From the NCBI RefSeq assembly GCF_009914755.1, contig NC_060925.1: DNA of 64,000 bases. One strand, 5' to 3'. This DNA is from the human T2T-CHM13v2.0 reference genome, Homo sapiens. The notes under the pieces were generated by a model. The model worked only from the letters and a program-made list of their open reading frames with translations, did not search any database and had not been told where the DNA came from. Positions 26,201 through 40,605 of the stretch are shown here, piece by piece; position 1 is the stretch's first letter; each line of letters begins with the position of its first letter. Made by a program: the position numbers and the translations under genes.

Positions 26201-27500
26201 AACCAGGGGGCTAGTATAGGGACGGAGAGGCAGTATAACACAGTGGGGAAGCCTCCAGGGCCAGACTGCCAGGGTTTGAAGCATGTCTGCCATTGATGAG
26301 CAGCATGAGCATGGACAAGTTAAATAACTCACCTGCACTTCACTTCTCTCATCTATAAAATGGAGATGTAATAGGGTTACCACATTGTACAACTCCAGAA
26401 TCTCCCCCTGGAGTCCGACGAGTGCAGCGTGCACAGTGCCACTCAGAGCTGTGCAATGCAGCGGTCTCCATCATGAGTCCTACCTTGTTGTGTTACCATG
26501 AAGATTAAGGCATAACACACATGTAAAGTGCGTAGAACAATGCCTGGTACCCAAGAATATCTCAAAAATATCTGTTATTATTCGTAGCTGAGGTGAGAGA
26601 TGACGGTAAGTGGATTAAAGTCGTTACAGTGGGGGTGTTGAAAAGTGATAAAATTTGAAATGAAATTTGAAGAAAGAGCTTGTGCTGGTTCCCAGGGCAC
26701 AACCACTAATGATGATGGAATTCAGAAGCACATCCTTGCCAGGACTTCTAGGTGGGTTTCTTAGTATGATTCTATTTTGGAGCTGAATTTCTCAGAATCT
26801 TCCCCACCAGGATGTTTTCCACCTAAAACAATGAGTGGATGTAGTACATATTTTATAGAGTGATTATGAGATTTAAACAGGATCTTGCATGTAAATACCC
26901 TAACTTAGTGCCTAGTACATTGTAAGTTTCAATGACCGTTAGCTATCATCGTCATCATCATCTGAGCAGCTCAATGTTTCTGCTTAATGCAGGCACATAC
27001 CTACAACTCCACAGAAGAGAGATAGCAGCAGTTTTCCCCTCTTGTGAGGAGAGCTAAAGAGAACAGAAGCATTTGGGAATTAAGGTCCTGAGGCCATAGT
27101 GTCCCTAAAGGAGGCCTGTTGTTGTGCCCTCAGACACCCTCCATGGCCCTCAAAAGGCCTGGATAAGAACCAGCCCAACCAGGAAGAGAAGCACCGGAAC
27201 CTAAATAAAGACATAGGATTCAAAAGGCATGATTCACCTTTATTTCATTGGGTTTACCACTTACAGAGCCCAAGTCAACCATGTAAAGCTATGAAATTTA
27301 TGTTCTATTCCTTTTCCTGACCCGCTTGGCCCTAATGAACCTCAAACACAAATACTGGAGGTGGCAAGGGGACCTCGGCAGGCCCAAGAGCTGCAGATAC
27401 CCAACTCCTCCCAGGCCCTCCTCAACACCACCCCGCTCTGCTCTGCCCCACTGATGCCAGGTCCTGGTATCATTGCTGTCTGACTACTCACACACCATGA

Positions 27501-27817
<317 letters not shown>

Positions 27818-28869
27818 GGCAACCCTGTTTTATTTGTTCTTGGATGTATGAACCATATAATTCCTTCTTCAAAAGTCATAAAGGCGAGACTCCAGCCAAC
27901 AATTCCACATAAAAAGAGAGCGCCATTTTCTCGCTCTCAGGCTTGGTAATGATTCCTGCTGTGAGGCAGTCATTACGGAAATGACTCAGTCTTTCTCTCC
28001 TGTGTTAATAAGATTTTACTGTCTTTGGTCCTGACTCAAACTGGCTGAGAGCAATGTGGGGATCACAGAAGCTGTACCAGAGTGTGTCACTATGTAACTT
28101 TTCTTAACTTACCAAAATACCATGTGGATAGGAGCCATTCCAGCCCATCGCCTTGCTTCCGAGTTGGCTGTAGTCTTAGCCGGGTTCACACAATGGGCAT
28201 CTGCTAATCTCTTTCCTTACCTGCCAGGAAGTTGAGGCCAAAGTTCTGTTTTCTCTCTAAAGGCTAATCAAGCTGTAAAGATGGTTAGTGGGCTGAGCTC
28301 AAAATAAGGCACCTGAGCTCTCTTTGCATCTCTAACATCCACAACACTAAGCTTCTTCCTGGGGTCCCAGTGTGATAACTGACCCAGGCCCAGATGGCAA
28401 ACGAAAGCTATTAGGGTGACTGTGGAAACTTCTGTGTCTTCTTCTTGGTTGAAATTATCCTTCTGGAGCACATCTGGAGATCCTGGCCATTTAGAAGCCA
28501 TCCAGGAGCCATTCATTTATTTGACAGACATTATTGATCACCTACAATCCAATGCCAAACAGCACTAGGCATTGAGTACAGAAAGACAAAAGGCACAGCT
28601 TCTAATGTCAGGGACCTCAAGGTGTCATGTAGGGGACTGATGAGAAAGTGAACAATGTGAGTCATATGGTTAGTGCTATAAAATATTCTGGGTGCTACAG
28701 AGGCGTTCAAGGAGTACTGACCACACTGGTGGTCAAGAAAGATTTCCTAAAGGAAGACACACTTAGATGACCTGAAGGGTGCACCGGCGCCCTCTAATCA
28801 GAGAAAGGCGAGGAAGGAAGCAGAGGGACATTTCTAAAGAGAGAGGGAACAGCACATGCAACAAAGCTG

Positions 28870-29570
28870 GCTAGCTGTGACCACTAACATCCATTTCCTC
28901 CTTCCTGGTCAAATAGCTAGGTGATACCTCCCAGCCTCCCTTTCAGTTGAGGATGCTACGAGACTGCATTCTGGCCAATGGGAGGTGTGCAGAGACACTG
29001 GGTGTTCTGGCCTACAGGATCCTCTCGTGTGTTCTCTGTGTGCTTCCCTACCTCAGCTAATTGGGAACAGATAGAAATCAGATCACAAAGGGCTTGTGTG
29101 CTGCCTGAAGGAACTCCATGTTACGGTGCTGGTAAGAAGCAAATGAGCACAACAAAGTGACCATACTTAGTGTTTAGAAAAATGGAGGTGGCAGGATATT
29201 AGGGACAGGTTAAACTTTACCTGAGCTTAAGAAATCCCCTACCTTTTTGTTTTCCAAAACACCCCCATCCTTTTGTGTTCCATGGCAAAATCTCAAAGGA
29301 CCATCCTGCCCTCCAATATTTCAAGTAAGACCTGCCTCCATCCTTTCTAGAGATTCCTGTGAGATTCCTTTGTTCACCTGCCTGTGTAAAGCCCCGGGGC
29401 CCCTTCCTTTTCTTTGAGACATTCTCCTTTCATGAACATTCTCCCTATTGCAATACCCTGAATAAAACCATCTCCTTGATGGTCTGGTGCATTTGGTCTT
29501 TCACATGAGCACTGGATGAGGAGTCAAATCTTCTAAGTGAAATTCTGCTTCTACTTGAGAGTAGACTTCC
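28870..29570 (+). mobile_element. Old MLT1 LTR with a nested ERV-type solo LTR (~29119-29505)
   Basis: MLT1 motif CCTCCCAGCCTCCCTT...TTCTGGCCAATG; inner element begins TGTTA, has AATAAA, ends TTTCACA. Confidence 0.5.
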
Positions 29571-29577
29571 ACCTTGC

Positions 29578-29862
29578 TTTATTTTGCTTTGTTTTGTTTC
29601 GAGACAAGGTCTTGCTCTATCAGCCAGGCTGGAGTGCAGTTTTGTGATCATGACTCATTGAAGCCTCAGGCTCAGGTGATCCTCCCACCTCAGCCTCCTG
29701 AGTAGCTGGAACTACAGGCACGTACCACCATGCCTGGCTAATACTTTTTTTTTTTTAAATTTTCATAGAGACAGGGTCTCGCTATGTTGCCCAGGATGAT
29801 CTTGAACTCTTGGGCCCAAGTAATTCACCCGTCTTGTCCTCCCAAAGTGCTAGGATTACAGG
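29578..29862 (-). mobile_element. AluJ
   Basis: Diverged Alu body. Confidence 0.85.
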
Positions 29863-32622
29863 ACGTTGACTCCCAACATCCTTGGCCTCTGCTTTATTTT
29901 TCTTCAACACATCTTATTGCATATTATTTATCATCAGTCCTCCATTAGAATATAAACTCCTTGAGGAATGGGCTTGCCTTCTTGACCACTGCATGTCCAG
30001 GGCCTAGCACAACTCCTGGCATGTAGCAGGTGCTCAATTATTAGGACAAATCATGGCTTGGTGACCTGATCCCAGACCGCCTGAGCTTTCTACCACCCTC
30101 CCTCGGCACCTCTGACCTTTCTTGCTCTCCATTGTTTCTCTCCCTCTTTCTCTGTGTTCCTGTCTGTCTCTTTTGCTCTAATCTCTCTCTGCCTGCCTCT
30201 CCCCCTTCCTCTTTGTGGATCTCTTTCTTAATCCCTCCCTTCTTGTTTTCCCCTGTCTCCTCCTTGGGCCTTGGGCCTGCAGTTCCCTCTTAGCCCTTCA
30301 GCTCTTACTTTTCAGCCAGGTTGTTTATCGGGAGGATATGGACCCAGGTGACAGAGCACCAGCTGTGGAATAAGGAATGACCCAACCCCATCTGTGTTTG
30401 TATCTGTTGAGTCATACAACTTAAGCACCTTCGGACATTCGTCTGCTCACAGGCTCCTTGAAAGTTAAAGATTTACCCAGAACTGGCCAAGTCCATGTTT
30501 TGGTAACAATCAACAAAGTGATCTATAAGCCTTGCTCCAAGCAGATTGCTGAGTGCTGAGAAGGAAAAAAGAACCCGGGTGAGAGGCCCCTGCCTTTCAG
30601 GAGCTTCCAGTCTAGTTAGCCAAGGAGGTGAGGCCCACACACAGTCTTACAGGAAACAGAGAACAAAGACAGGTAGAATTTGGGGTGTAGGCTGTGTAAA
30701 CCAATGGGTCTGGAAAGGATCGGCCATTGCTAACTTTGGAACTTCGAGACACGTGGTCTGTGTGTGAATGATGAAGCAGGGATCAGGGCTTCGACTGCAG
30801 ACAGGAAAGCAAGAAGTGAGGGTCAGTGAGTTGCAGTGTTCTGCTGGTAACTGCAAGGCTCTTTCGGCCACTGTGGCCCAAGCTTGCCTGAGGGGCCTCC
30901 TCTCTTATCAAGGCCCCACACTGTGTCCTTCTCATCCCATCATCGAACTGAGTTAAGGTGCAGGACTCGGTGAATGGAGATTTCCTCAGAACACAGAGTT
31001 AGAGCTGATGAGCTGGGCAGCCAGGTGTGGCTGCACAGAGGCGCATAAGCAGTTGTGTCCTGGAGCTGCAGGCCTGATCTAAGTTTCTTCATGTGGAGAC
31101 TGCATCTCAGTGTATCTGGAGTGAACTCTCCCTCTGGTTTCTTAATAGCTATCCGCTGAATTGATTGAGATAGTAGGAAATTGTCTGAAAATCTTGATGA
31201 ATAAACCCTGCAGTATGGCTGATGCCTTTTCCTCTGCAGGCTCAGAAAGTTGCCCACAGGAAAGTACAGCTCTGAGACACAGTGGGAGGTGGGTGGCCAG
31301 GTTGAGCTGAGAGCAGAAAACAGAAGGTGGTGACTTCGTGCTGGTTGTGGAAACTCCAGGCTGATGGCGATCCATCCAGTGTGAAACTTGTTTATACTGA
31401 CACAAAGCTGAAGAGCACTTGGCATTCCTTTAGTTACTGCTTTTATAAACAGAGGGGCCTGAAACTTCCTGGGAAATGCTGGGAGCATCGTACGGCCTCC
31501 TAAGGTGGCTCTTTGTGGTTCTATAACTCTGGGGAGGCAGGGGAGGGAACGCATACTTTCCTGAGCCCTGGCTCATTTATAAATGTGGCGGGTGAGGTGG
31601 CAGAAATGAGTAAACTGAGTAAATGTTCCTCCCAGAGGATGATTCTTGGAGCAAAAAGGGATTTGAGGGTGGAAGGAAGCGATTAGCAGAAAGGGGTGTG
31701 GGGGTGCGCACGGGGCATCTCCCAAGTTCCTTCAGGAGGCGAGCTCTCATCTTACAGTCTTGTTGACTCCTGTCCTTGCTCCCATCTAACCTTGCCCAAA
31801 ATACACACCAAAAACCAAATCCCCCCAGGAAGGCCGGTTCGTTTAGTCACCCCTTCCTTATCGCTGACGGTCTCCTTGCTCACATTTCACTCCCATTGCT
31901 GACTCAGGTTTGTCTTAAAAACTGCAGTTTTTGCACCTTGGGAAGATAATTTTATAACCCCACACCTGCTCTCTAGGTCTGGTCTGTGTGCTGTTAGAGT
32001 TGGTGTGTCTATGTCAGAGATACCAACAACATTTGAAGCCATAGTTCATGGCCTGGGTTAATGGATATTTAGGGCAAAGGCCCCAGTTCCACATTCGGAT
32101 CTCCCTCCCCCACCAATTAGTATATTTAGGAAATATTTAAATGGCAACTCAGCAATGATCAACTCGATTTACTTCTGTTTCTTTATTTTAAAAAATAGGA
32201 TTATCCAGGTTCCACATTTCAGTATTAAGATGCCTTAAGTTATTGAAATTTCAATTGTAATAAAGTAATAAAATGAGTCCTGGAGGCACGGGAGTGAAAA
32301 GGGGCTAATATCTCTAATATTTGTTAACCATTCACCTGCTCTGCCAGGCATCATGGGTGCTTTGCACATGACTTCTTAATCCACCTAGAAATGAGGTGTC
32401 AAGAAAGTGTGATTTACTCTCATTTCAGTTGAAGGAAGTACGGCTAAGTGGCATGTGCAAGTTCACACAGCCAATAGAAAATGCAATCGGGACCAGAAGC
32501 CACATTTGCAGGACTTCAAAGCCAAGGTTCTTCCTACCACAAAACCAGGATGCCCTCCTCTGCCACTGGAGTCTGCTGGACCAACCAGCAGCACAGGCAA
32601 TGGCTATTGCTTTTGGTTATAG

Positions 32623-32968
<346 letters not shown>

Positions 32969-33119
32969 CAATCTATCTAAGTTTTTCTGTGGAAAAGTAG
33001 AATTATCTGCTGAATAATAAAACACCTTTTAGATAAAATTGCATTATGGTTTTCAAACTTCTTGAATCCATATTATTTATTTCTTACCACAATCCTATAG
33101 ATATCATTATTAGGGATTA

Positions 33120-33665
33120 TGGTGAGCACCTGCTCACCATATTTTTACCAGCCCAGCATCCACTTCTTTTTCTTATGGCACCAACAGATCACTGCCCTTA
33201 GAGGATCACTCTTCCTCCATCCTCAGTCCATGTGATTTGCCTAGGGCTGACCCCAGTGACTGGCTCTAGGAGTCTAGACCCAAACCCGACCAATGAGGGC
33301 ACTGATCTCTGATTGGTTTAGGGGTGAGCATGGCCATGTTGACCAACAAAGGAAATGAGCATCAGCTCCCGACCTTTTGCAGAAACAATAAGACATTGGA
33401 GCTTTCCTCCTGGTGGTGGTGCAAAGCTGGCAGGAAGTGCTGGTCGCTGTCTTTGCCTAACTTGGGGAGAGCTGGTCTGAGAATGGAGGTAAATCCAGAG
33501 GAGAGCTGAGCTAAAGAGAGGGAGGAGACAGGTCCCCGATGACATTGTCTGGCACCCAAATACAGCAGTGCTCAAAGTCCAGTCTCTCCTGGACTTCTTA
33601 GCTCATTAAACTAAGAAAATTTGCCTTTGTTTAAGCTGGTTAGAGTTGAATTTCTGTCACTTTGT
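33120..33665 (+). mobile_element. Old MaLR LTR (MLT1K/L-like)
   Basis: TCAGTCCATGTG...GATTGGTTTAGGGGTGAGCATG...TTTAAGCTGGTTAGAGTTGAATTTCTGTCACTT. Confidence 0.7.
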
Positions 33666-33729
33666 TTTATATTATTCAAATTATTGCTCTCTACTGGCAA
33701 GGGAAATTTGGTTGAGATCACTGTTTTTC

Positions 33730-34610
33730 TTCACAAATATATAAATTTGGAAAGGACACTTTGTTTCTTATAAACGGTTACAGCCTGCAAGGTGGCCATC
33801 TGCAGGCTGGGAAGTGTAGCCTCTGGCAAAGACCGAAGACAGGCACTTTGAAGGAGGAAGGTTTGGACAGGAATTTAAGCTGAATGGGTTGGCCAAGTAC
33901 ACATATTCAACAGGTTATAAGAGGAGCCATGAATATTCATGAAGGCGGTCCTGACGCATGCATATTGAACAAGCATGCATGTAACATACAACCCGTGTTC
34001 ACCTAGGGGTGAAGACTTAACATTTAAATGTGTTACAATTAGGCCTTTAATGTCAAAGGTCTTTTTAGGATGCAAAGGCACTCAAATGTGCATCCTCTGT
34101 AAACTGGCCAGAGTCAGTCAATGGTTGGTGGTCTTCTTATCAGGAGAAAGTTACTGAAATCAGTCTCTTGTCCAATCAAAGCTGTAGTGATGGCTTGTGG
34201 AACAGGGGGTCAGTTAGTGCATGGCAGTGGCTGCAAATTGTTTTACTATTGCTTATCTCGAGGCCAGTGCTTGTTTAACTGCTAGAGAAAAAGGTAAACC
34301 TTGTGGCAGAGAACACAGTTTATTCTTTAGGTGTAGAGGTGAGTGACTCAACCCTTGTCTGGCATGGCTCTAGGTCCTGTTTATAATTTAGTATTTTATT
34401 GCCACAAAGAGTCTGTTCTGTCAGTCTTATGAGCTCAATTTTAACATTAATGCTGCTCAGTTCTTTCTAACCCATAAAAGGGAGGGGGCATAATGAGGCG
34501 TATCTGATCTCCTGTCAAGGCTCAGTTTTTAACATTTTCTGAGGCCTCCTTGGACAAGAGGGAGTCCATTCCGTCAGTTGGGGAACTTAGGATTTTATTT
34601 TTAGTTTATA
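33730..34610 (-). mobile_element. ERV1 solo LTR, MER4 group (MER4D-like)
   Basis: Minus strand starts TATAAACTAAAAATAAAATCCTAAG, a MER4-type 5' end. Confidence 0.7.
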
Positions 34611-35026
34611 GTTTCATCTTTCCCAACCTTCTTGGCCATTTATGAGTTGTGGATTCTGGGGATACAAGAAGCAGCCAGTCCCAGAGATGTTTCTTATTTT
34701 GTCATAGGGTGGTGGAGTGGGTTGCTGATAACACAAGGCATTATGAGCTAAAGTTGAAATCCACTTTCACTTTCCCTGCCTTCTCAATTTTTCTCTCATT
34801 TGAAAGGGTGTCAGAGAGCCAGAGAAACTGAAAGAATTAGGAAGAAGAGGGGAGAGGTGGTGTTTGGGGACACTGTTGGAAGGGAGACAGGACCTGCATG
34901 TGCAATGCACATTAGGCAATATTAAATGTGACTCTAGGCATTTGGTGAGAGGTCAGAAATGAAAATGCAGTTTTAGGCAACCTAGATAAAAGTGAGAGGT
35001 GAAAGGTCAAGTTTCAGGAGTCTATG

Positions 35027-35580
35027 TGTTAGAGTCATGTGAACCAGAGCAACTCCATCTTAAATAAGAGCTGGGTAAAATGAGGCTGAAAACTACTGGG
35101 CTGCATTCTCAGATGGTTAAGGCATTCTAAGTCACAGGATGAGATAGGAGGTCAGCGCAAAATAGAAGTCATAAAGACCTTGCTGTTAAAACAGGTCACA
35201 GTAAACGAGCCGGCCAAAACCCACCGAAACCAAAATGGCGACGAGAGTGACCTCTGGTCGTCCTCACTGCTGCACTCCCACCAGCGCCATGACAGTTTGC
35301 AAATGCCATGGCAACATCAGGAAGGTACCCTATATGGTCTAAAAAGGGGAGGCATAAATAATCCACCCCTTGTTTAGCATATCATCAAAAAATAACCATA
35401 AAAATGGGCAACCAGCAGCCCTTGGGGCTGCTCTGTCTATGGAGTAGCCATTCTTTTATTCCTTTGCTTTTGTAATAAACTTGCTTTCATTTTGCACTGC
35501 GGACTCACCCTGAATTCTTTCTTGCGTGAGATCCAAGAACCCTCTCTTGGGATCTGGATCGGGACCCCTTTCCTGTAACA
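35027..35580 (+). mobile_element. MER41A solo LTR
   Basis: TGTTAGAG...GAACCAGAGCAACTCCATCTT to CCTTTCCTGTAACA; 4-bp TSD TATG; lacks the GAS-bearing segment. Confidence 0.88.
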
Positions 35581-36367
35581 TATGCAAGGAAAGAAATGCA
35601 GAGGAATGGAACTGAGCCATGGAACAGACATTTGGGGTTGGGCAGGAGGAGTTAGCAGAGAGATCTGCATAGCTCTTATCCTACTTAGCACTAGTGCTGT
35701 TCAAGGTAGAACTCACAGCATAAGAATTCACTCTGAAACATAGAATAGGGTGTCTTTAGGTATATACGTATACATCAATATTCAGAAAATGCAGACTCTT
35801 AAGATTATAAAATCTGCTGTTCTTCCATAATTTATTCATTTCTTTTGCAGTTGAAGAAAATGTGTTTAGGGCAAGTTACCGTTGGCATGTTTGACCATAA
35901 TAAATAGTTTGAGTTTTTAAAATAATTTCAGAATGTCTAAGAATTAAATATTTTTTCTGTGTACTTTAGTATATGTGAAATTTAGGGTCAAAACATCACA
36001 AAACGCCCTCCAAATGACAAGACCAAAATATTATTTTAGATCAGAGCCTTGTCAACCTTTAGTGTACACTACAGTCTTTTGATTATTTTGAGAAGTCTGT
36101 AGTCTTGAAAGCATATCGTATGAGAAGATAGATACTGATATAGAACTGCTAATGGAAACTTGTATGTAAGAATTTTGTTTTTTCTGGCTTCATAGAGCAA
36201 ACCCTTGTTTACATAGAATAAGAGAGAAAAAAGAGGCAAGAGGATACATTACATTTCTAAGTTAAGTGCAAGCATCCTGGATATTGTAACAGACTGGGAG
36301 TTGTATTAGAGTCTATTTGATTCTCAAAGCATTTCGCGGCCTTTCATTAGGCAGCACCCTGCCTTCC

Positions 36368-36539
36368 ACGTCACAGGCTGTCACAGACACTTGTTGAGGA
36401 TGATGCTGGTGACGTCATCAGTCCTTTTTCAGCAAAGTCTCCTGAAAATAAAGCTCAGATTGGCTGTGCACATCTCTGGACCTAGTCCAGAGTCAAGCAC
36501 CACTGAGGGCAGGGACCTGCCCAGGGGTGCTGCTGACGT
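36368..36539. promoter_or_regulatory. CRE/ATF site cluster
   Basis: ACGTCA at 36368-36373, full TGACGTCA at 36410-36417, TGACGT at 36534-36539. Confidence 0.5.
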
Positions 36540-37197
36540 TTGAGATGGAGTGGTTCTTCACAGCACAGAAGTGTTCCATCACTGTGGGACATTTAATATC
36601 CCTGCCCTCTTCACTAGATGTTTGCAACACTCCCCAATCATTGCGATAACCGTGACACCATGGTTAACCCTACGTTACCAAATACCCTCTAAGAGATTCC
36701 GCTTTCTCTTCTTAGTCAGTAACCAGTAGAAGATTGCCCCTTTGGTTCTGAAGATGTTAGCTATGGGAACCTCAAAGGCTTAGGAAACTGCCAACACCTG
36801 AGATCTAACTTGATCTAACCTTAACCCACCATCTATTTCTGCCATGACCATGCTACTTTCATCCTTTATAATTGCCAGGCAGAAATAACAAATACTTTGG
36901 GATATTGTTGTTCATGACCACTATCCACCCCAGACTTTCCTATCAAATCACATGCAAGTGCTTTAAACCTGCTGCATTAGAATTAAGGCTTTGAGTTATT
37001 CACTGAGAAGGAAAAGTTCCAGAAGTTCAGAAACTTAGGAAGCAGTGTGGAGCCCAAGAGACCCAGAGAGCAGCAGTTCTTCTTTAGAGCACATGCAGCT
37101 TCTGAGATTCTTCTTCTGGCTGTGCATGTTGAGGAAAAGATGATCCCTTGGCTTCTGCAATCGCCTTTGCACTTGCTCCTTCCTCTGAAGAGCTCAC

Positions 37198-37414
37198 CAG
37201 GAAGTCTCTCTGGGCGCCTTCTCCGCACTCCAGACTTCCCACACTCAGCAGCACCTCCACCCTGACCCTGCCTCCTTCCAACTAAGTCGTTTCACTTCCT
37301 GTTGTCTGGGGCAGTCAACACATGTAAACTTTCAGAGCTGAGTTTTATTTTTTTTGAGGGAAAATATTTTAAGGAATTTTTAGGGGGATTTCAGTAGAAG
37401 ACCCAGGGATTCCC
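37198..37414 (-). promoter_or_regulatory. Candidate promoter and short first exon
   Basis: EICE GGAAGTGAAA (minus) at 37290-37299; kB-like GGGGATTTC at ~37384 and GGGATTCCC at 37406-37414; donor CTG|GTGAGC at 37198. Confidence 0.45.
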
Positions 37415-37616
37415 AGCACTGTTCTGCTATGCTAAGAATATTAAGTTGTAGTACCCTAAATATTTGCAAAGTCACATTGTCCTTTCCCTTGTTTCTGAAA
37501 AGAACAAAACCGTGCAGCCAATAGCTGATCATTCCATTTTCAAGTTCACCTAGGTCAGAAAACCACTGTGGGCAGTTGCTTCAAGGCAGCTTATAACTGC
37601 TTCCATGGAAGTCATT

Positions 37617-37942
<326 letters not shown>

Positions 37943-39519
37943 TGCAATTGTTTATTAAGAGCAGTTACTTGGCCTTTGGGAATATCAATATTTATACTAC
38001 CAAAAAACAAAATGCAAAGAATTCATGAAGGTCTCTAGAAATTTGAAAAAAGTAGTGTAATGGTGAAGAAGAGAACAGTCATTGGTGTTCTGGATTAAAG
38101 TCCTAGCTCTACCCACCTAATGCAGTGGACAAATTACTTGACCTCTCTTATCCTCAGGAGTCTCAGCTATATAGTAGGAATAATAATATTACTTATGACA
38201 GGGGGTTTTGGAAAGGATTATGTAAAATAAAATAAGTGAAGAATTGAGCTAATTCCTGGCATATAGTAGTCACTTAACATATTGTAATTATGATGATGGT
38301 TTTTCCTACAGAAAGAATGGACACTTGAGAAAATAAAGGTTTTGTTGGGGAGGGGAAGAAGGAAGGGAGGAAAGATGAGCCTAAAGAAGTAAAAACATTT
38401 TTTCCAATTACAAATTTATTAACCCCTAAAATAATGTTATAGTTTCAGAGAAAATTAGAAGCATAGAAAAAAAAAAGCAAGATTGTGGTGACATATATGT
38501 AATTAACTGAACAAGCAGGAAGAATTCAAAAGCATTTGAATTGAGATCCTAGAATTCATAGCTGGTCTCCCTGCCCACCAAGAAGGCATGTTAATCTGGA
38601 TTCTTTAGAGATAATAGAAATGTCTTAAATTCCTTTGGGTGCAGTAAAATGGCCCTAGCTTGCACTAGCCCCATTGAAAGGTAGAGATTAAATTGAAGAT
38701 AACCAAGCACCTGTCATTCTTCCCACTGCCTTCTGGATCACTACAAAGAAATAAGGATTTGTCTTTTCAAAGAGCAGGAGAGCAGTAGCTCATGAGGCAG
38801 TGTTGATTGACGGTTCATGCTCGAAGAAAGGTATGAGTGCTGCACTCAATTTTAACTTAAAAAAAAATCTGAGACTTGTATTTCCTGTTAGAAAGCTCTG
38901 CAGAGGGGTGTGTCCAAGGATTCTGGAGAATTAATGACAGACATATGGGTAGCTTCTTAGCGACACAGGAGGAGATGAGATGCACGTATGCCGTGTGTTA
39001 GGGGGGTAATGGGTGCTTGGATTGAAACTCGTCTGCTGTTTGCTGAGCCCCACTCCTCCTTCAGAGTCGCTTTCAGGCCTCCATTTCTCCATGAAGCACT
39101 TTTAACACTGATCCACACTAAAAATAATGACAATAGCATATTAGTAACAATAGTAATTACCATTTATTCAATGCCTACCAGTTGCTAGGCACTATGCTAG
39201 GAGTTTAACATATAATATCTATTTCTTAACAATAATCCGATCCTAAAAACAATCCAACAAGCTTTATGCATATTACCTCTGATTTTTATAACGAGTAAGA
39301 TAAGTTTTATTATCCTTGCTTCACAGATGAGGAAATAGGCTTAGAGAGGTTGTAGTGTGCCCAAGTCCTCACAGCCTGTTGCAGACACAGCTGGCATTGG
39401 ACACTTTCCTGAGGGCAAGGGTCTGGATGTGCACATCTTTTGTAGCCCTCATAGCACAGCCCTCAGTCCCCCTTGTTCTGCAAAAGGTCCTCAGCATATG
39501 TTATATGATTATGTGATTC

Positions 39520-40152
39520 TGTCAAAGGTGTTCAAATGAGAGTGACTCCATCTTGAATAGGGGCTGGGTAAAATAAGGCTGAGACCTACTGGGCTGCATT
39601 CCCAAGTGGTTAGGCATTAGGCATTCTTAGTCACAGAATGGGATAGGAGGTCGGCACAAGATACAGGTCACGAAGACCTTGCTGATTAAGCAGGATGTGG
39701 TAAGGAAGCTGGCCAAAATCTGCCAAAACCAAGATGGCAATGAAAGTGACCTCTGCTCATCTTCACTGCTCATTATACGCTGATTATAATACATTAGCAT
39801 GCTAAAAGACACTCCCACCAGTGCCATGAAGTTTACAAATGACATGGCAACATCAGGAAGTTACCCTATTTGGTCTAAAAGGGAGAGGAACCCTCAGTTT
39901 CAAGAATTGCCCACCTCTTTCCCGGAAAACTCATGAATAATCCACACTTTGTTGCATATAATCAAGAAATAACTATAAGTATACTCAGTGGAGCAGCCCG
40001 TGCTGCTACTCTGCCTATGGAGTAGCCATTCTTTATTCCTTTACTTTTCTAATAAACTTGCTTTCACTTTGTGGAAATGCCCCGAATTCTTTCTTGCCCA
40101 AGGTCCAAGAGTCCTCTCTTGGGGTCTAAATTAGGATCCCTTTCTGGTAACA
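39520..40152 (+). mobile_element. MER41B solo LTR
   Basis: TGTCAAAGG...TTTCTGGTAACA; contains the GAS segment with intact TTCCCGGAA at 39919-39927; TSD-like ATTC/CTTC. Confidence 0.88.
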
Positions 40153-40605
40153 CTTCAAATAAATATTTGCCATCTACATTTAGGGGTGGTACTATGGTGT
40201 GTGTACATCCTGGGGCTGGTATACAGGGAACCTGGATGTGGTCTCTGAGAGAGCTCGAGGCACCGGCATCCACTAGCCACGTGCTGCCAGCAGCTGGGCT
40301 GCCTGCCTCTCGCCATACTCATCCACATCCCAGAAAATGCCAGGATTTAGAGCCGGAGCTGACCACTCACACCATCTGGACCATCCCCATCTATAAATCT
40401 ACACATATAGGGTCTTTTTTGAGTGAGACTCAGAGAGCGTGAGTCAACCAAGTTCATATAGCTAAAAGTGGCAGGGTTGGGACATGAATGCAGGTCACCT
40501 CCTAAACCTTCATCCCACCCTTTTCCATGATACAACAGCAAGGCAGGGCATGAGGGAATGTCAGAGCAGAAGATGGCCCTGGCTGAGCTGTCCATGGTGG
40601 CGGTC

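Noticed and set aside
30090-30315. Long polypyrimidine tract ending in a plus-strand acceptor-like TTTTCAG
   Set aside because: Low-complexity CT-rich DNA with no convincing donor.
30940-31554. Longest ORF in the window (204 aa, minus strand)
   Set aside because: No recognisable domain and composition typical of a chance ORF. It contains a good internal acceptor (31306), so at most it is a noncoding exon.
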